Positions 37,260-48,699 of a DNA stretch of 52,431 nt are shown one piece after another. The notes beneath the pieces were generated by a model. That model saw nothing but the letters and a program-made list of their open reading frames with translations. It was not told the DNA's origin and did not search any database. The first letter of the stretch is position 1. The number at the start of each line of letters is the position of its first letter. The stretch is from Octopus bimaculoides (Eukaryota), in contig NC_069007.1 in the NCBI RefSeq assembly GCF_001194135.2, positions 11,439,899-11,492,329 on the forward strand. Direction: 5' to 3'. The position numbers and the translations under genes were made by a program.

Positions 37260-37486
37260 ATTTACATCTACTGGTTTCAGTAATGTAACTGCAGCTTATC
37301 TGAGCCATCATCCTTGAAAATGTTTTAAGTTGATTCCAGTTGTGTCTGACTCCTATTTCATTAACCTTGGACGAGAGGCCTGATGCAAGTGCGATTTTAA
37401 CTCAGAACCAAATAAGGAAGAACATAGTTGTGTGTGTGTGTGTGGAGTACTGGAATATAATATTTTGCTTTCTGTTATATATGTGT

Positions 37487-37829
37487 GTGTGTGGTAAGAA
37501 GCTTACTTCCCAACCACATGGTTCTGGGTTTAGTCCTACTGTGTGGCACCTTGGGCAAATGTTCTCCTATAGCCTCAGGCTGACCAAAGACTTGTGAGTC
37601 AATTTAGTAGACAGAAACTGAAAGAAGCCTGTCGTGTGTGTGTGTGTTAGTCCCCGCCTCTCATCGCTTGACAACCTCTGTTTACACCCCTGTATCCTTG
37701 CTGTTCAGCAAAAGAGACTGATAGAATAAGTACTAGGCTTACAAAGAATAAGTCCTGGGGTCGATCTGTTCAACTGAAGGCAGTGCTCCAGCCTGGTCAC
37801 AGTCAAATGACTGAAACCAGTAAAAGAGT
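37487..37829 (+). mobile_element. SINE family A composite
   Basis: Head, (TG)n linker, and tail ending gactgaaaccagtaaaagag. Confidence 0.9.
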
Positions 37830-37852
37830 ATATGTGTGTGTGTGTTTGTGTG

Positions 37853-38255
37853 CATAGGTGGAGGCATGGCTGTGAGATAAGAAGTCAGCTTTCTAACCAC
37901 ATGGTTCCGGGTTCAGTCCCACTGCATGGAACCTTAGGCAAGAGTCTTCTACTCTGGCCTCAGGCTGACCAAAGTCTTGTGAGTGGATTTAAAAGATGGA
38001 AACTGAAAGAAGCCTATCATATATGTGTGTGTGTGTGTGTGTGCATTTTTTGTGTCTCTTCATCCCCTACCACCATTAGACAACCAGTGCTTGTGTGTTT
38101 ACATCCCCATAACTCAGCGATTCAGCAGAAGAGAGTCTTAGCATCAGTACAAAGCTTGAAAAAATCAGTCCTGATCTTGATTTGTTAGACTAAAACCCTT
38201 CACCAAGGTGTCACGGCATGGTCGCAGTGAAATGACTGAAACAAGGGACAGATAA
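37853..38255 (+). mobile_element. SINE family A composite, tandem second copy
   Basis: Same head/linker/tail order, more diverged. Confidence 0.85.
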
Positions 38256-38603
38256 AACACACACACACACATGTAAAATCAATTAAAACAGTGCAGTTAC
38301 CTTGCCATGAGGAGTGGAAAATCCAACCTTTCAGATAAAGTTCTTCTTCAGTTGGAAAATCAGAAGGAGTGAAATGAAAGAAATAAAGAAGAGTTTTAAA
38401 CCATTTAAGTTTAAATAAAATGGTTGCAACTGATAGGGCAAAGACAGAAAGTTCAAATGGCTGCAGAAACAGAGATTTTTTTGTTTTAAATTCGATTTGA
38501 ATATTGCAAGCAATATGGTATAAGCCAAGAGAGATGGGAAAAGATAGAAAAGATAGCTGTTCATAGTATTAAAACACTTAAGATTAGGCATAGCAAAAGA
38601 GAT

Positions 38604-38860
38604 CATCATCATCATCATCATCATCATCCTTTAACGTCTGCTTTCCATGCTGGCATGGGTTGGACGGTTTGACTGAGGACTGGTGAAACCAGATGGCAAC
38701 ACCAGGCTCCAGTCTGATTTGGCATAGTTTCTACAGCTGGATGCCCTTCCTAATGCCAACCACTCCGAGAGTGTAGTGGGTGCTTTTACATGCCACCAGC
38801 ACGAGGGCCAATCACATGGTACTGGCAATGGCCAAGCTCAAAAAGGTGTTTTTTACGTGC
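38604..38860 (-). mobile_element. SINE-like family D
   Basis: (cat)n + tttaacgtctgctttccatgctggcatgggttggacgg...ctacagctggatgcccttcctaatgccaacc. Confidence 0.85.
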
Positions 38861-38907
38861 CGATTAGACAGTATACATGAATGGTATATATACGAATGGT
38901 ATATATA

Positions 38908-39245
38908 TCTGTGGAGGTGCAATGGCTCAGTGGTTAGGGCAGTGGACTCGAGGTCATAGGATCGGGGTTTCGATTTCCAGACCAGGCGTTGTATTTATTA
39001 AGTGAAAACACCTAAAGCCCCACGAGGCTCCAGTAAGGGGTGGTGGTGAACTCTGCTGTACTCTTTCATCACAACTTTCTCTCACTCTTACTTCCTGTTT
39101 TTGTTGTGCCTGTATTTCGAAGGGCCAGCCTTATCACACTCTGTGTCATGCTGAATCTCCCCAATACTACATTAAGGGTATATATGCTTGTGGAGTGCTC
39201 AGCCACTTGTACGTTAATTTCATGAGCAGGCTGTTCCATTGATGG
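38908..39245 (+). mobile_element. SINE family C with tRNA-derived head
   Basis: A box tggctcagtggttag and B-box-like gggtttcgatttcc, then the body shared with 1603-1880; a further 3' piece lies at 39525-39633. Confidence 0.8.
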
Positions 39246-39279
39246 AGCACGGCTTTGAATAATTTTTAATTGAATGTAT

Positions 39280-39415
39280 CAGCCCCAGTTCTTACTTTTT
39301 AAATGTCTGGTACTTAATTTATTAGTCTCGTTTACTGAACCGTTAAATTATGGGAGCATAAACGCACCGGCACCAGTTGTCAAGTGGCAGGTTGAGGGTG
39401 GGGGACAAACAATAT
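39280..39415 (-). mobile_element. SINE family A tail, decayed
   Basis: ggtacttaatttattagtctcgtttactgaaccgtta...caccagttgtcaag...ggggacaaac. Confidence 0.6.
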
Positions 39416-39631
39416 ATATACATGTTTGTTTTTGAGAATTTCATATTTTTTAAAAGTTCTCCTAACTTCAACTTAGAATCACATTTGATGGTTTTGCAAA
39501 TTGTTTCTGGTTATCCTGCCATTCTTAACATGTTTGTGGAGTGCTCAGCCACTTCCATGTTAATTTCCTGAGCAAGGTGTTCCGTTGATTGGATCAACTG
39601 GAACCCCTGTTGTCATAACCGACGGAGTGCC

Positions 39632-39679
<48 letters not shown>

Positions 39680-40317
39680 NNNNNNNNNNNNNNNNNNNNN
39701 NNNNNNNNNNNNNNNNNNNNNNNNNNNNNNNNNNNNNNNNNNNNNNNNNNNNNNNNNNNNNNNNNNNNNNNNNNNNNNNNNNNNNNNNNNNNNNNNNNNN
39801 NNNNNNNNNNNNNNNNNNNNNNNNNNNNNNNNNNNNNNNNNNNNNNNNNNNNNNNNNNNNNNNNNNNNNNNNNNNNNNNNNNNNNNNNNNNNNNNNNNNN
39901 NNNNNNNNNNNNNNNNNNNNNNNNNNNNNNNNNNNNNNNNNNNNNNNNNNNNNNNNNNNNNNNNNNNNNNNNNNNNNNNNNNNNNNNNNNNNNNNNNNNN
40001 NNNNNNNNNNNNNNNNNNNNNNNNNNNNNNNNNNNNNNNNNNNNNNNNNNNNNNNNNNNNNNNNNNNNNNNNNNNNNNNNNNNNNNNNNNNNNNNNNNNN
40101 NNNNNNNNNNNNNNNNNNNNNNNNNNNNNNNNNNNNNNNNNNNNNNNNNNNNNNNNNNNNNNNNNNNNNNNNNNNNNNNNNNNNNNNNNNNNNNNNNNNN
40201 NNNNNNNNNNNNNNNNNNNNNNNNNNNNNNNNNNNNNNNNNNNNNNNNNNNNNNNNNNNNNNNNNNNNNNNNNNNNNNNNNNNNNNNNNNNNNNNNNNNN
40301 NNNNNNNNNNNNNNNNN

Positions 40318-40372
<55 letters not shown>

Positions 40373-40865
40373 CACACACATACATACATAGATATAGATA
40401 GATAATCAGAGATACACTCACACAGACAAATATTTCTACACACACACACACATATTTATATATATTTATATACATATATGTGTGTGAGTATGTTTGTAAG
40501 TCATGTTTTAGTTTAATTAGGTTATAATATAGCTTTCTCATAAAATCATGTTTTTTGAGTGATCAAACAACTTGGAATATCTATTAACTGTTGGAATTTA
40601 TTTGTTTTTCCTCATTTTAAGTTGTTCTGTTTGTATTGTTTTACAACCTGTGTAGCCAGTGTCAGAACCAATGGAAATGAAATTCTTGTCTTATCTCAAT
40701 GAGTCACCACTGAGCTCTCGGTCACACACGTGGTTATCCTCAGGGGGAAATTTTTGATTAAACACTATGTCAGTAACTGCAAACATAGAAATATGGGACA
40801 ACTACCCACTGTTTTGTGCAGTAAAACACCCACTGTATTGGGCAGTAAAATTTCCTTTCAACATG

Positions 40866-41086
40866 TATGAAGGGTGCCAAAGGGTTGCTGGCTTTGGGTA
40901 AAAGAAAAACACAGGAGGATTGGTTAATTATAACTTTACTCAACATATTCCCCTCTCAGATTCACACACCTATTGCAGTGGTCCTTCATTTTCTTTAAGC
41001 CCTGTAAAAAAACTTGGAAGGTTGGGCCTCCAACCAAGCCTTTTGTGATACCCTTAAAGATAGGAACTTTTCAGTAAACCATCATA
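40866..41086 (-). mobile_element. mariner internal-deletion derivative
   Basis: RC encodes FLQGLKKMKDHCNRCVNLRGEYVE* (mariner C-terminus); TIR-like tatgatggtttactgaaaagttcct at one end and a degenerate counterpart tatgaagggtgccaaagggttgctg at the other. Confidence 0.65.
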
Positions 41087-41196
41087 TGTAGCTTTTGCCT
41101 TCATTGAATCTCCTGCAACTCAGACTCTTTCTGTCTCTTTTACTTCCAGTTAAATTCTATTATTGTTTATATATCTATACAGATGTACAAACATTC

Positions 41197-41237
<41 letters not shown>

Positions 41238-41346
41238 GCATTACTACAGAATAATGCCACACTAGACTTCCATAATAAATACATTTTTACTGAATGCGAA
41301 GAAAAACAAATCTTAAAAAAAAACAACCTTTTAAAAACGAACTCAA

Positions 41347-41407
41347 CTATATATCGAACAATTTCCCGATTATTAGAATAATATCTAACTTTTGATCATC
41401 AGTATAG
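41347..41407 (-). ncRNA. Hammerhead-like motif (weak stem II)
   Basis: RC: ctata-CTGATGA-tc...ttaga/tctaa...gg-GAAA-ttgttcg-ATA-tatag; stem I is 5 bp. Confidence 0.4.
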
Positions 41408-41859
41408 TATGGTACAAATATATAAAAATAAACAAAATCCTCAACTTACCAAAACGAACACCTTATGTATCCGATATAGCAAACAGAATAATGTTTATCC
41501 TTATACATCTATGTAAAAAACGGGAATTTTTTTGAGTCGCTCTCGGTACACGTGTTTAAAACAGAATAAAATTCAGTACTGAATATATTCCGAATATATA
41601 TTTAATTAATTCAATAATAGGATAAAATCTTTTACAAGAATTTTATCAAGAAGCTAGCGTGAAAAAACTCATAAGGGAAAAAAAAATCCATCATTTTTTA
41701 TTCCCAAGAATATATTTATTTATTTATATTTATATAAGGCATTACTACAGAATAATGCCACACACTAGACTTCCATAATAAACGCATTTTTACCGAATGT
41801 GAGGAAAAGCAACTCTTAAAAAAACCAACCTTTTAAAAAACGAACTCAACATGAAAAAA

Positions 41860-41945
41860 TCTTATGGCTGTTTCTGGGAATGTTTGAAGAAGTGTGTAGG
41901 TAAATCCTTTTCAACTTCAGTAATCCACATTTCCGTCATCAGAGA
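41860..41945 (-). ncRNA. Type I hammerhead motif, partly decayed
   Basis: RC: tct-CTGATGA-cggaaatgt...acattccca-GAAA-cagccATA-aga; stem II 7/9 paired; C15.2 faces A (G-to-A decay). Confidence 0.55.
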
Positions 41946-42423
41946 ATACGCACGCATTCGGAATTTTAAATAAAATCATAAAATTATTCATGATATTGTA
42001 AGAATATGTTTAAGCCATTGTGATTATATACAAGTATAAAAATTTCATAAATTCCGGGGTTTCAGGTCATGAAACAAACATTCATAGTGTATAACTATTA
42101 AGAAAATTACAAAAAAAAAAACATTACAAAAACTAGTCCATGAGTTCAAAATTTGGTGGGGTAAGATAATTTAGAATGTATAGATTAATTAATTATTATA
42201 CTGAGAAAAATTCTAAAGTACAAAATAATGACATGAGATCAAACACTCCGAGATCTTGTTAAGCAATAATTTTTTTATCCGTTTGTACGGGATGGTCATT
42301 TTATTTATTTATTTATTTTTTTCCCAAATATACACATGCACTATATATATTTTTTTCTTCATTTGTTTATTACTGTTATTACATGCAATTTCACATCAGG
42401 AATTTTGCAAAATGAATTGATAA

Positions 42424-42461
<38 letters not shown>

Positions 42462-42463
<2 letters not shown>

Positions 42464-42664
42464 TTTCTTTTATTCTTTTATTGGTTTCAGTCATTTAACT
42501 GCAGCCGTGCTGGAGCACCGCCTTTAGTCAAACAAATCGACTCCCAGGACTAATTCTTTGTAAACCTAGTACTTATTATATCGGTCACTTTTGCCGAACT
42601 GCTAAGTTACAGGGATGTGAACACACCAATATCGGTTGTCAAGCGATGGTGGGGGGGACAGACA

Positions 42665-42699
<35 letters not shown>

Positions 42700-42862
42700 G
42701 ATGGGCTTTTTTAAGTTTCCGTCTACCAAATCCACTCACAAGGCTTTGGTCGGCCCGAGGCCACAGTAGAAGACACTTGCCCAAGGTGCCACGCAGTGGG
42801 ACTGAACCTGGAACCATGTGGTTGGTAAACAAGCTACTTACCACATAGCCACTCCTGCACCT
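42462..42862 (-). mobile_element. SINE family A composite, well preserved
   Basis: Tail 42462-42670, (CA)n linker, head 42700-42862 with CpGs retained. Confidence 0.9.
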
Positions 42863-42985
42863 ATTGTATATGTATATATATATGACCGTTGTATCCCTCT
42901 CTTTCTCTCTCCGTCTCTGTATTATATTCTATCAACAATCTCATGACCTCACTCTAAAACTCCTTCTGTTTCTTTTCTAAATCAG

Positions 42986-43106
42986 ATTTGAACGGCACCA
43001 CAATGTTGACAAATACAAGATGGTCTCAGAGCAGACAATGCCGCCAACCAATGTTAACCAAATGTCTACGACGGCCCTCGAGGACAACATGGCATTTGCA
43101 TATCAG
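42986..43106 (+). CDS. Internal coding exon of an unidentified long-intron gene
   Basis: Acceptor tccttctgtttcttttctaaatcag and donor CAG|gtaagg; 121 bp, phase 2 to phase 0; frame xFERHHNVDKYKMVSEQTMPPTNVNQMSTTALEDNMAFAYQ; GC and CpG content above background; non-repetitive. Confidence 0.6.
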
Positions 43107-43757
43107 GTAAGGGCATTTATCTTAGCAGAAGTCACTAACAATTTGACTCCATGTGACCTCACTATAAAGATTTGACCTGTTGACATTTTAACCCACTCTC
43201 TTTTGCACTTTTTCACTTTTTGTAAACAAAGATAAATTTGAAGAATTTTCTAAAAAAAAATTAGTATGACGTCTCCAACATCTAGTGGGTTCTTAACAGT
43301 ATCATTGTGTTATCCTTACTCTCTTCCCCTGTAAATTTATTTATATATATGTGTGTGTGTGTGTGTGTATAATTTATTTATTGAAAAACACAGAACATGC
43401 CTCAATATGAATGCATAAGCAACTTTGGTCCCAATATATATTTCAATTCATGATCACATATCCATCACTGTACGTATTTCATCTCACTACCTTAGATCAT
43501 GTGTTTTTGTATGTTTATTTATCCCACCCCAAAAATGAATAATTCCCTCCCTTATCCTGAATAATAACTATCACCAGTTACCTCCCCTTAGATTTTTTCT
43601 ACTTGTCGATTCATTCACAAACTTTCATACAAGAATATGGACTAAAATCTTAAGAAANNNNNNNNNNNNNNNNNNNNNNNNNNNNNNNNNNNNNNNNNNN
43701 NNNNNNNNNNNNNNNNNNNNNNNNNNNNNNNNNNNNNNNNNNNNNNNNNNNNNNNNN

Positions 43758-43999
43758 CTGGCCATGTACAACCTCTGGCCATGCACAACCTCTGAACCAC
43801 GCACAACCGCTGAACCATGTACAAGCTCTGAACCATGTACAAGCTTTGAACCATGTATAAGCTCTGGCCATGTACAACCTCTGGCCATGTACAACCTCTG
43901 ACCATGCACAAGCTCTGGCCATGTACAAGCTCTGGCCATGTACAAGCTCTGACCATGTACAAGCTCTGACCATGTACAAGCTCTGGCTATGTGCAAGCT
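43758..43999. repeat. 17/18-bp minisatellite (extends into gap)
   Basis: Units ctctggccatgtacaa(g/c) (17 bp) and ctctgaaccatgtacaag (18 bp), about 14 visible. Confidence 0.9.
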
Positions 44000-44009
44000 C
44001 TTTTATTTT

Positions 44010-44520
44010 GTCTCTTGACATTTGTGGTGGTGGTGGTGGTGGAGAAAAGGGTGATGGTGATTGCGGCAGTAGTGCAAGTAGTGCTAATGATCAAAGAAGT
44101 AGCAAAGATAACAGTGGTGATGATGATGACGATGATGATGATTGATGTAGGTGATGATGTGGTGGTAATAATAGCTGCAGTGATGATGTTGATGATGTTT
44201 GTGATCCTGACAGTGAGGGTTATAATTGTGATGGTGTTGGTAGTAGCATTGTTGTTATTAGCTATTTCAGTTGTTGTTGTTGTGTAAGGTGGTGGTTGTG
44301 CAGGCTTTGGAGGTGGTTGTTGAGGATTATAATTATGGTAGTAATTATTGTAGTAGTAGTAGTAGTAGTAGTAGCAGTGGTAGTGGTGATGGTTGTGGTG
44401 TAAGCAGTGTTAATTTTAGTAGCAATATTTATTGTGGTAGTTGTGTGGAGATAGCGGCAGTATTGGAAGTAGTTCTAATAATTATAGTGGCGATGTGGTG
44501 GGGGAGATTATGTGTCACTG
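44010..44520. repeat. Degenerate GGT/GAT/GTA/GTT trinucleotide array
   Basis: Directly visible low complexity. Confidence 0.85.
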
Positions 44521-44789
44521 AGTGCGTTTCAGGAGAGGTTCAATAGATCAATACGAGACTTGCTTTAACAATCAGTTTTCTTTACATTGTTGACTTCATA
44601 AGGAAAAATAAAATTGATTTCTCACAATAATAATAATAATAATAATTAATTACACAATAAGAAGAGTGCAATACAATATGTAATAAATACAGATTGATTC
44701 TTTTTATTGAATAAAAAGCTATAATATCTTGTATTTATTGTATATTATATAATGTAATATGTTATTTTGTGCAATATAATGGTTCCTAT

Positions 44790-45012
44790 AAGGCAGGGAG
44801 CTGGCAGAATCGTTAGCACCCCAGGCAGAATAGTTAACGGCATGTTGCCTGTCGCTATGTTTTGAGTTCAAATTATGCTGAGGTTGACTTTGCCTTTCAT
44901 CTTTTCAGGGTCGGTGAAATAGAATACCAGTCGAGCACTGTGGTTGATATAATTGACTTTCACCCCCACCCCCCACCCCCAACCTTGCTGGCCTTGTGCT
45001 AAAATTTGAAAT
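44790..45012 (+). mobile_element. SINE family B
   Basis: gggagctggcagaatcgttagcac...tgagttcaaatt...gactttgcctttcatc...ttgctggccttgtgctaaaatttgaa. Confidence 0.85.
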
Positions 45013-45491
45013 CAATATAATGGTTCTCGCAGAACAGGAATCAATTGATCATCCCTGCAAAGATAATGGGTTTTTTTATGGATTAAATAAAGGGGTGGGT
45101 GCAGAAAACTACCCACGTTTAATAAAATTAAGGTGCTTCCCAACTTTTTTTCAACTTGTCCTTCCATATGGTGAATCACGAAGAATTATGTAGAGGTAAA
45201 CTCTGTATTCCATCTTCCCATTAATACAAAGGGGGGGGGGTGCGAGGGTGAAAATTCCATAATGTTATGGTGGAAGGGGAGGTAGTGATGGTGGTTTGGG
45301 TATTTGTCAGTTTGAGAACCATTGAGGAAATATAGCATCATACCCTATCATATTGTATACCTTACATTATGTCATGTACCATAATACATAATCATGTATC
45401 GTATGATATCATCCATCCACATCATATAACAGATATATCATATCACATCATAACATTTAAATATATCACATGTATGATATCATGTAATATA

Positions 45492-45715
45492 TTCATTTCT
45501 TTATTGCCCACCGGGGGCTAAACATAGAGGGGACAAACAAACAGACAGAGGGATTAAGTCGATTACATACCAGCGTAACTGCTACTTATTTAATCGACTC
45601 CGAAAGGATGAAAGGCAAAGTTGACCTTGGCAGAATTTGAACTCAGAATGTAACGGCAGACAAAATACCGCTAAGTATTTCACTGGTGTGCTAACGATTC
45701 TGCCAGCTTGCTACC
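45492..45715 (-). mobile_element. SINE family B (atttctttattgccca tail variant)
   Basis: Closely matches the 13991-14225 copy. Confidence 0.85.
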
Positions 45716-46139
45716 CTATCATGTAATATATTGTATCATATGTATCATATAACATATTTATCATATACTTATATTACATGTGTGTTTATATTTTTATTTA
45801 TTAAATGTCGCATGCATGAGAAATTTATATTGGGGGTTCTGAGTTTCTGTGCAGCATGTTGGCATCGAAACTCAGAATATCACAAGTGATTATATCCAAT
45901 GCTCGACTGATTCTGTTAGACCGCTGACCTTATTTATTATGACAACGTTAATTATTATTCTAAACATTGAGTTCAAAGTCACAAATTTTAGGACAGAAAT
46001 CAATTAATTATTTAAGCAACCTCTAATACTTGTCTGATAATTATTTCAATATTGAGGGATTTGAGAAATACCACAAGGCCTTTTGTCTGATGCTTTAACG
46101 ATTCTACCAAACTGGTACAACTTTTAATTACTATCTCTA

Positions 46140-46480
46140 ATTTAGGCACAAGATGAGCAATTTTGAGGGGAGGGGTTAGTCAATAATATTGACTACAGTA
46201 CTTGATTTGTACTTTAATTTTATTGACTCCAGAGAAAGATGAAAGACAATGTTGTCATTGGTGGAATTTTAACTTGAGTTCGAAGAAATACCATATTCTT
46301 TCAAATAGTTTGAGAATTCTGCTTATCCCATTGCCCTTAATTCTGTCCAGATTAGACACCATGACTGCAATTTGAAGAATGGCCTATTCGATTAAGTACT
46401 TCACTGGTACTTTATTTTATTGATCCAGTGGGGGATGAAAGCAAAGTTGGCCATGGCAAGATTTGAACTCAACATACAAA
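46140..46480 (-). mobile_element. Two decayed SINE family B fragments
   Basis: aggcacaag...gagggg...tactttaattttattga...gatgaaa; second piece ctggtactttattttattgatcc...gatttgaactc. Confidence 0.55.
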
Positions 46481-46529
46481 GGATTATGAATAAATACAGG
46501 AAGGTTTTAGTGATCTTGCCAATCCACTA

Positions 46530-47170
46530 CTTGTGGTAGTGGTGGTGGTGTTGCTGCTGCTGCTGCTGATGAGGATGATGATGATGAGGAGGAGGAGTGG
46601 TAGTTTTGAACTTGGTGATGGTGATGGTGTTGGTGCTATTTAGCCCAAGGTCATTTCTGGTCCAGCAGACCACTTCTTGTCAAAGACATTCTGAAGCCAG
46701 TTATATTGCAGACGCAAAACAAACACAATAGCAAATACAGCACAACCAACAACAGAGATATCAACAACAACAACATTAACAATATCAATGACATCGTAAA
46801 TAACAACAGAAATAATAACGAAAAACATAAATACTCATAAAACCAACAACAACAACAAAAACAACCCAGAAAAACAATTACAAAAATTACAATAATACAA
46901 AATATATAAACAAAACAAATCGAGATAAAATCCACAACTAACATCAATAACAATAACATTAACGACAACAACCACATGAATATAAATATACTCAACAACA
47001 ACGACAACAATAACGGTAACTATAGTAACAACATAATCAACATGAAACAATAAATTTCTCCACAATTTTAATGTTTATTGAGAGCTGGTGACTTTAAGAT
47101 CTATTGATGTAGTGGTGATGGTGGTGGTGGCAGCAGCTATTGTTGTTGTTGTTACCGTTGTTGTTGAAGA
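46530..47170. repeat. Degenerate GGT/GCT and ACA-rich low-complexity arrays
   Basis: Directly visible. Confidence 0.8.
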
Positions 47171-47425
47171 TAGTATCAGGATGTCTAGTAAAAGAAGTGA
47201 CTGGTATTTGAAGAGTGTTAAATTCATCTATTTTTAATAATGGAAAGGTTGAGAGTGACTTTGAAGTCTGAGTTTTCTTGCCGTCATCTGACCGTTTAAT
47301 AATGGTAAAATGAAACTTCAAAGTTACTATCAACCATTTCCTTGCAAAAATACTGGAGAGTATTGAGTGATTCTTCAATTTAATTATTGACTATTTTTAT
47401 ATATCTAATTTTACATAAAAAACAA

Positions 47426-47477
<52 letters not shown>

Positions 47478-47480
<3 letters not shown>

Positions 47481-47842
47481 TGCAGGCATGGTTGTGTGGT
47501 AAGAAACTTACTTCCCAACAACATGGTTCCTGGTTCAGTCCCACTGTGTGGCACCTTGGGCAGGTGTCTTCTACTATATCCTCAGTCTGACCAAAGCCTT
47601 GTGAAGGGATTTGGTAGATGGAAACCAAAAGAAGCCCATCGTATACATATATGTGTGTGTGTGTGATTGTGTCTGTGCTTGTCTCTCACCACTGCTTGAC
47701 AACTTAGCAGTTCAGCAAAAGATCGATAGAATTAGTATCAGGCTTAAAAAAGAAGTGCTGGGGGTCGATTACCTTAACTAAAAATTCTTCAAGGCAGTGC
47801 CCCAGGATGGCCACACTCTAATAATTGAAACAAGTAAAAAAT
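47478..47842 (+). mobile_element. SINE family A composite
   Basis: Head + (TG)n linker + tail with an internal deletion. Confidence 0.85.
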
Positions 47843-47856
47843 ATAAAAAATGCTAA

Positions 47857-47887
<31 letters not shown>

Positions 47888-47891
<4 letters not shown>

Positions 47892-48115
47892 TCATTGTTT
47901 AACGTCCGCTTTCCATGCTAGCATGGGTTGGACGATTTGACTGAGGACTGGCGAACCAGATGGCTGCACCAGGTTCCAATCTGATGTGGCAGAGTTTCTA
48001 CAGCTGGATGCCCTTCCTAATGCCAACCACTCCGAGAGTCTAGTGGGTGCTTTTACGTGCCACCGGCACAAGGACCAGTCTGATGGTACTAGCAACGGCC
48101 ACACTCAAATGGTGA
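47888..48115 (-). mobile_element. SINE-like family D
   Basis: Near-identical in layout to 38604-38860. Confidence 0.85.
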
Positions 48116-48187
48116 CACACACACAAGTAAGCACATAGATGCAAAACAATGTGGAGAAAATAGTACTCAAATACCAAAGGTAGACCA

Positions 48188-48424
48188 CAGTAATCCCTCA
48201 CCATATCGTGGTTCACCTACTATGGTTCACCTATCGCGGTTTATTATTTAAGCTTACGTCAATTCTTCCATGGTGTTGTTTTGCATTCATAATAAAATAA
48301 ATATATACAAATTATGAAAATAATTAAAAAAAATATACAGTACACTACTGTTTCTACTTCGTGGATTTTCTCCTATCACGCAGGGTTTTGAAATGTAACA
48401 CCTGCGATAGTCGAGGGATTACTG
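48188..48424. mobile_element. pogo/Tigger-like MITE
   Basis: Perfect 12-bp TIR cagtaatccctc / gagggattactg; TA on the right flank, CA on the left (decayed TA). Confidence 0.75.
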
Positions 48425-48699
48425 TATTATGCTTTTATTAAAGGTAAAAATTTCCACAAAACTGTCATTAATTGTAAAATTCAACACTTTTTAAATAGGT
48501 AATTAACCAGTATTTACATTGGATTTTATTATCCCTTATCCATTGAGATTTGTAATCTTTATTTGAACTTTTTTTTACACACGCGCAACATATATATACA
48601 TGCGTGCATACACATACACACACCTGCATACATACATACATACATACATACATACATACACATACATCATTTTGTTTGTCTGCTGGAACAACGAGGATC

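Larger units (their letters stand above)
41233..42070 (-). mobile_element. PLE-like terminal region with partial direct duplication and two hammerhead motifs
   Basis: ~115-bp direct repeat (41233-41346, 41733-41850); on the minus strand each copy is preceded by a hammerhead-like motif. Confidence 0.55.

Noticed and set aside
43625-44021. Repetitive Cys/Trp-containing ORFs in three minus frames
   Set aside because: They result from a 17/18-bp minisatellite; the unit lengths shift frame, which argues against coding.
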